Shown: one piece after another, positions 63,211 through 64,000 of the stretch
How positions within the stretch are numbered: position 1 is the first letter of the stretch
Layout: each line of letters opens with the position of its first letter
Position numbers and translations under genes: made by a program
The notes under the pieces: generated by a model
Seen by the model: only the letters and a program-made list of their open reading frames with translations
The model's database searches: none
What the model was told of the DNA's origin: nothing
Assembly (NCBI RefSeq): GCF_028641065.1
Contig: NC_073403.1
Location: 4,898,001 to 4,962,000 of the forward strand
DNA: 64,000 bases
DNA from: Leucoraja erinacea
Lineage: Eukaryota
Direction: 5' to 3'

Positions 63211-64000
63211 GCACACTGGCACTTTCCTACACACTAGGGCCAATTTACAATAGCCAATGAACCTACTAACCTGTACGCCTTTGGAATGTGGGAGGCAACT
63301 ATTTCTGCGCTGTATCACTAAACTCTACATGGAGGAATTCTTCAAAGTGCGCAAAGCAGGATCTGGATTAAAGAGCTGGACTTTGCAGAATGGGGGAATC
63401 GTTTCGACTGACCTCTGCACCGTTGCCAGACCACTTCCTTTGCAGTTCCGTCACTGGCCAGACGGTGCCACATGCGACCTGTTAATGTAAAGACTGTTCA
63501 GTTACAACAGGAGCCAGGCAAGGTCCCAAAATCACAAGACCCAGAGGAACACTTAGCATGTCTCAGCTTACCCCGACCCAGACACTTTACCCTGTAAAAA
63601 GGTCTGATGAAATATGTCGACCCGAAACGTCATCTATCCATGTTCTCCAGAGATGTGGCCTGGCCTGCTGAGTTTACTCCTGCAGTTTGTGTCCTTTTCT
63701 GTATTAACCAGCATCTGCAGATCTTTCTTTCTATAACTTAACTGTGTATGTTTGTCTGTTCATTATTTCGGTTTAGGTTAATTATTGTCAAGTGTATCGA
63801 GAATCGGTGAAAAATGAGTCAGTCTGAAGAAGGGTCTCTACCAAAACGTCACCTATCCATATGACTCTTGTGTACTGCAAGGTGAGATATGATTTTACCA
63901 GATTATATGCAAAACAAATAATTTTGCTGTACTTAGGTACATGTGACAATGAAGTATAATTGTTGATTGATTGATTCTCCAAAGATGCTGCCTGACTCAT

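Overview
Eukaryotic, repeat-rich vertebrate genomic DNA; the repeat content suggests a cartilaginous fish, probably a skate or ray (inference). Three complete spliced genes were reconstructed by hand with GT-AG junctions and consistent reading frames: SNF8 (+, 8 coding exons, 14541-23802, 258 aa), UBE2Z (-, 7 coding exons, 32244-47209, 306 aa) and ATP synthase c-subunit ATP5MC1 (-, 4 coding exons, 50210-54089, 141 aa). Their order and orientation match human 17q21. At the left end is the CpG promoter and 12-codon first exon (MSDTEELTDEER|gtgagt) of a fourth, minus-strand gene. Its exon size, sequence and position fit a third TRA2 paralogue beside IGF2BP1, which mammals lack. The rest is CR1, L2, Rex1/Babar and Penelope retroelement fragments, V- and CORE-type SINEs, a hAT MITE, a Tc1 end, a solo LTR and GC-rich promoter minisatellites. 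The most unusual signals are: an abundant family of short Penelope-derived fold-back elements with minimal hammerhead ribozyme cores and 10-18 bp target-site duplications; the candidate TRA2 paralogue; a 4x tandem CTCF-motif array at the ATP5MC1 promoter; an inverted Rex1 arrangement; and an interleaved two-allele assembly chimera at a CR1 insertion. No database search was run; family names rest on recalled motifs, and repeat boundaries are approximate.
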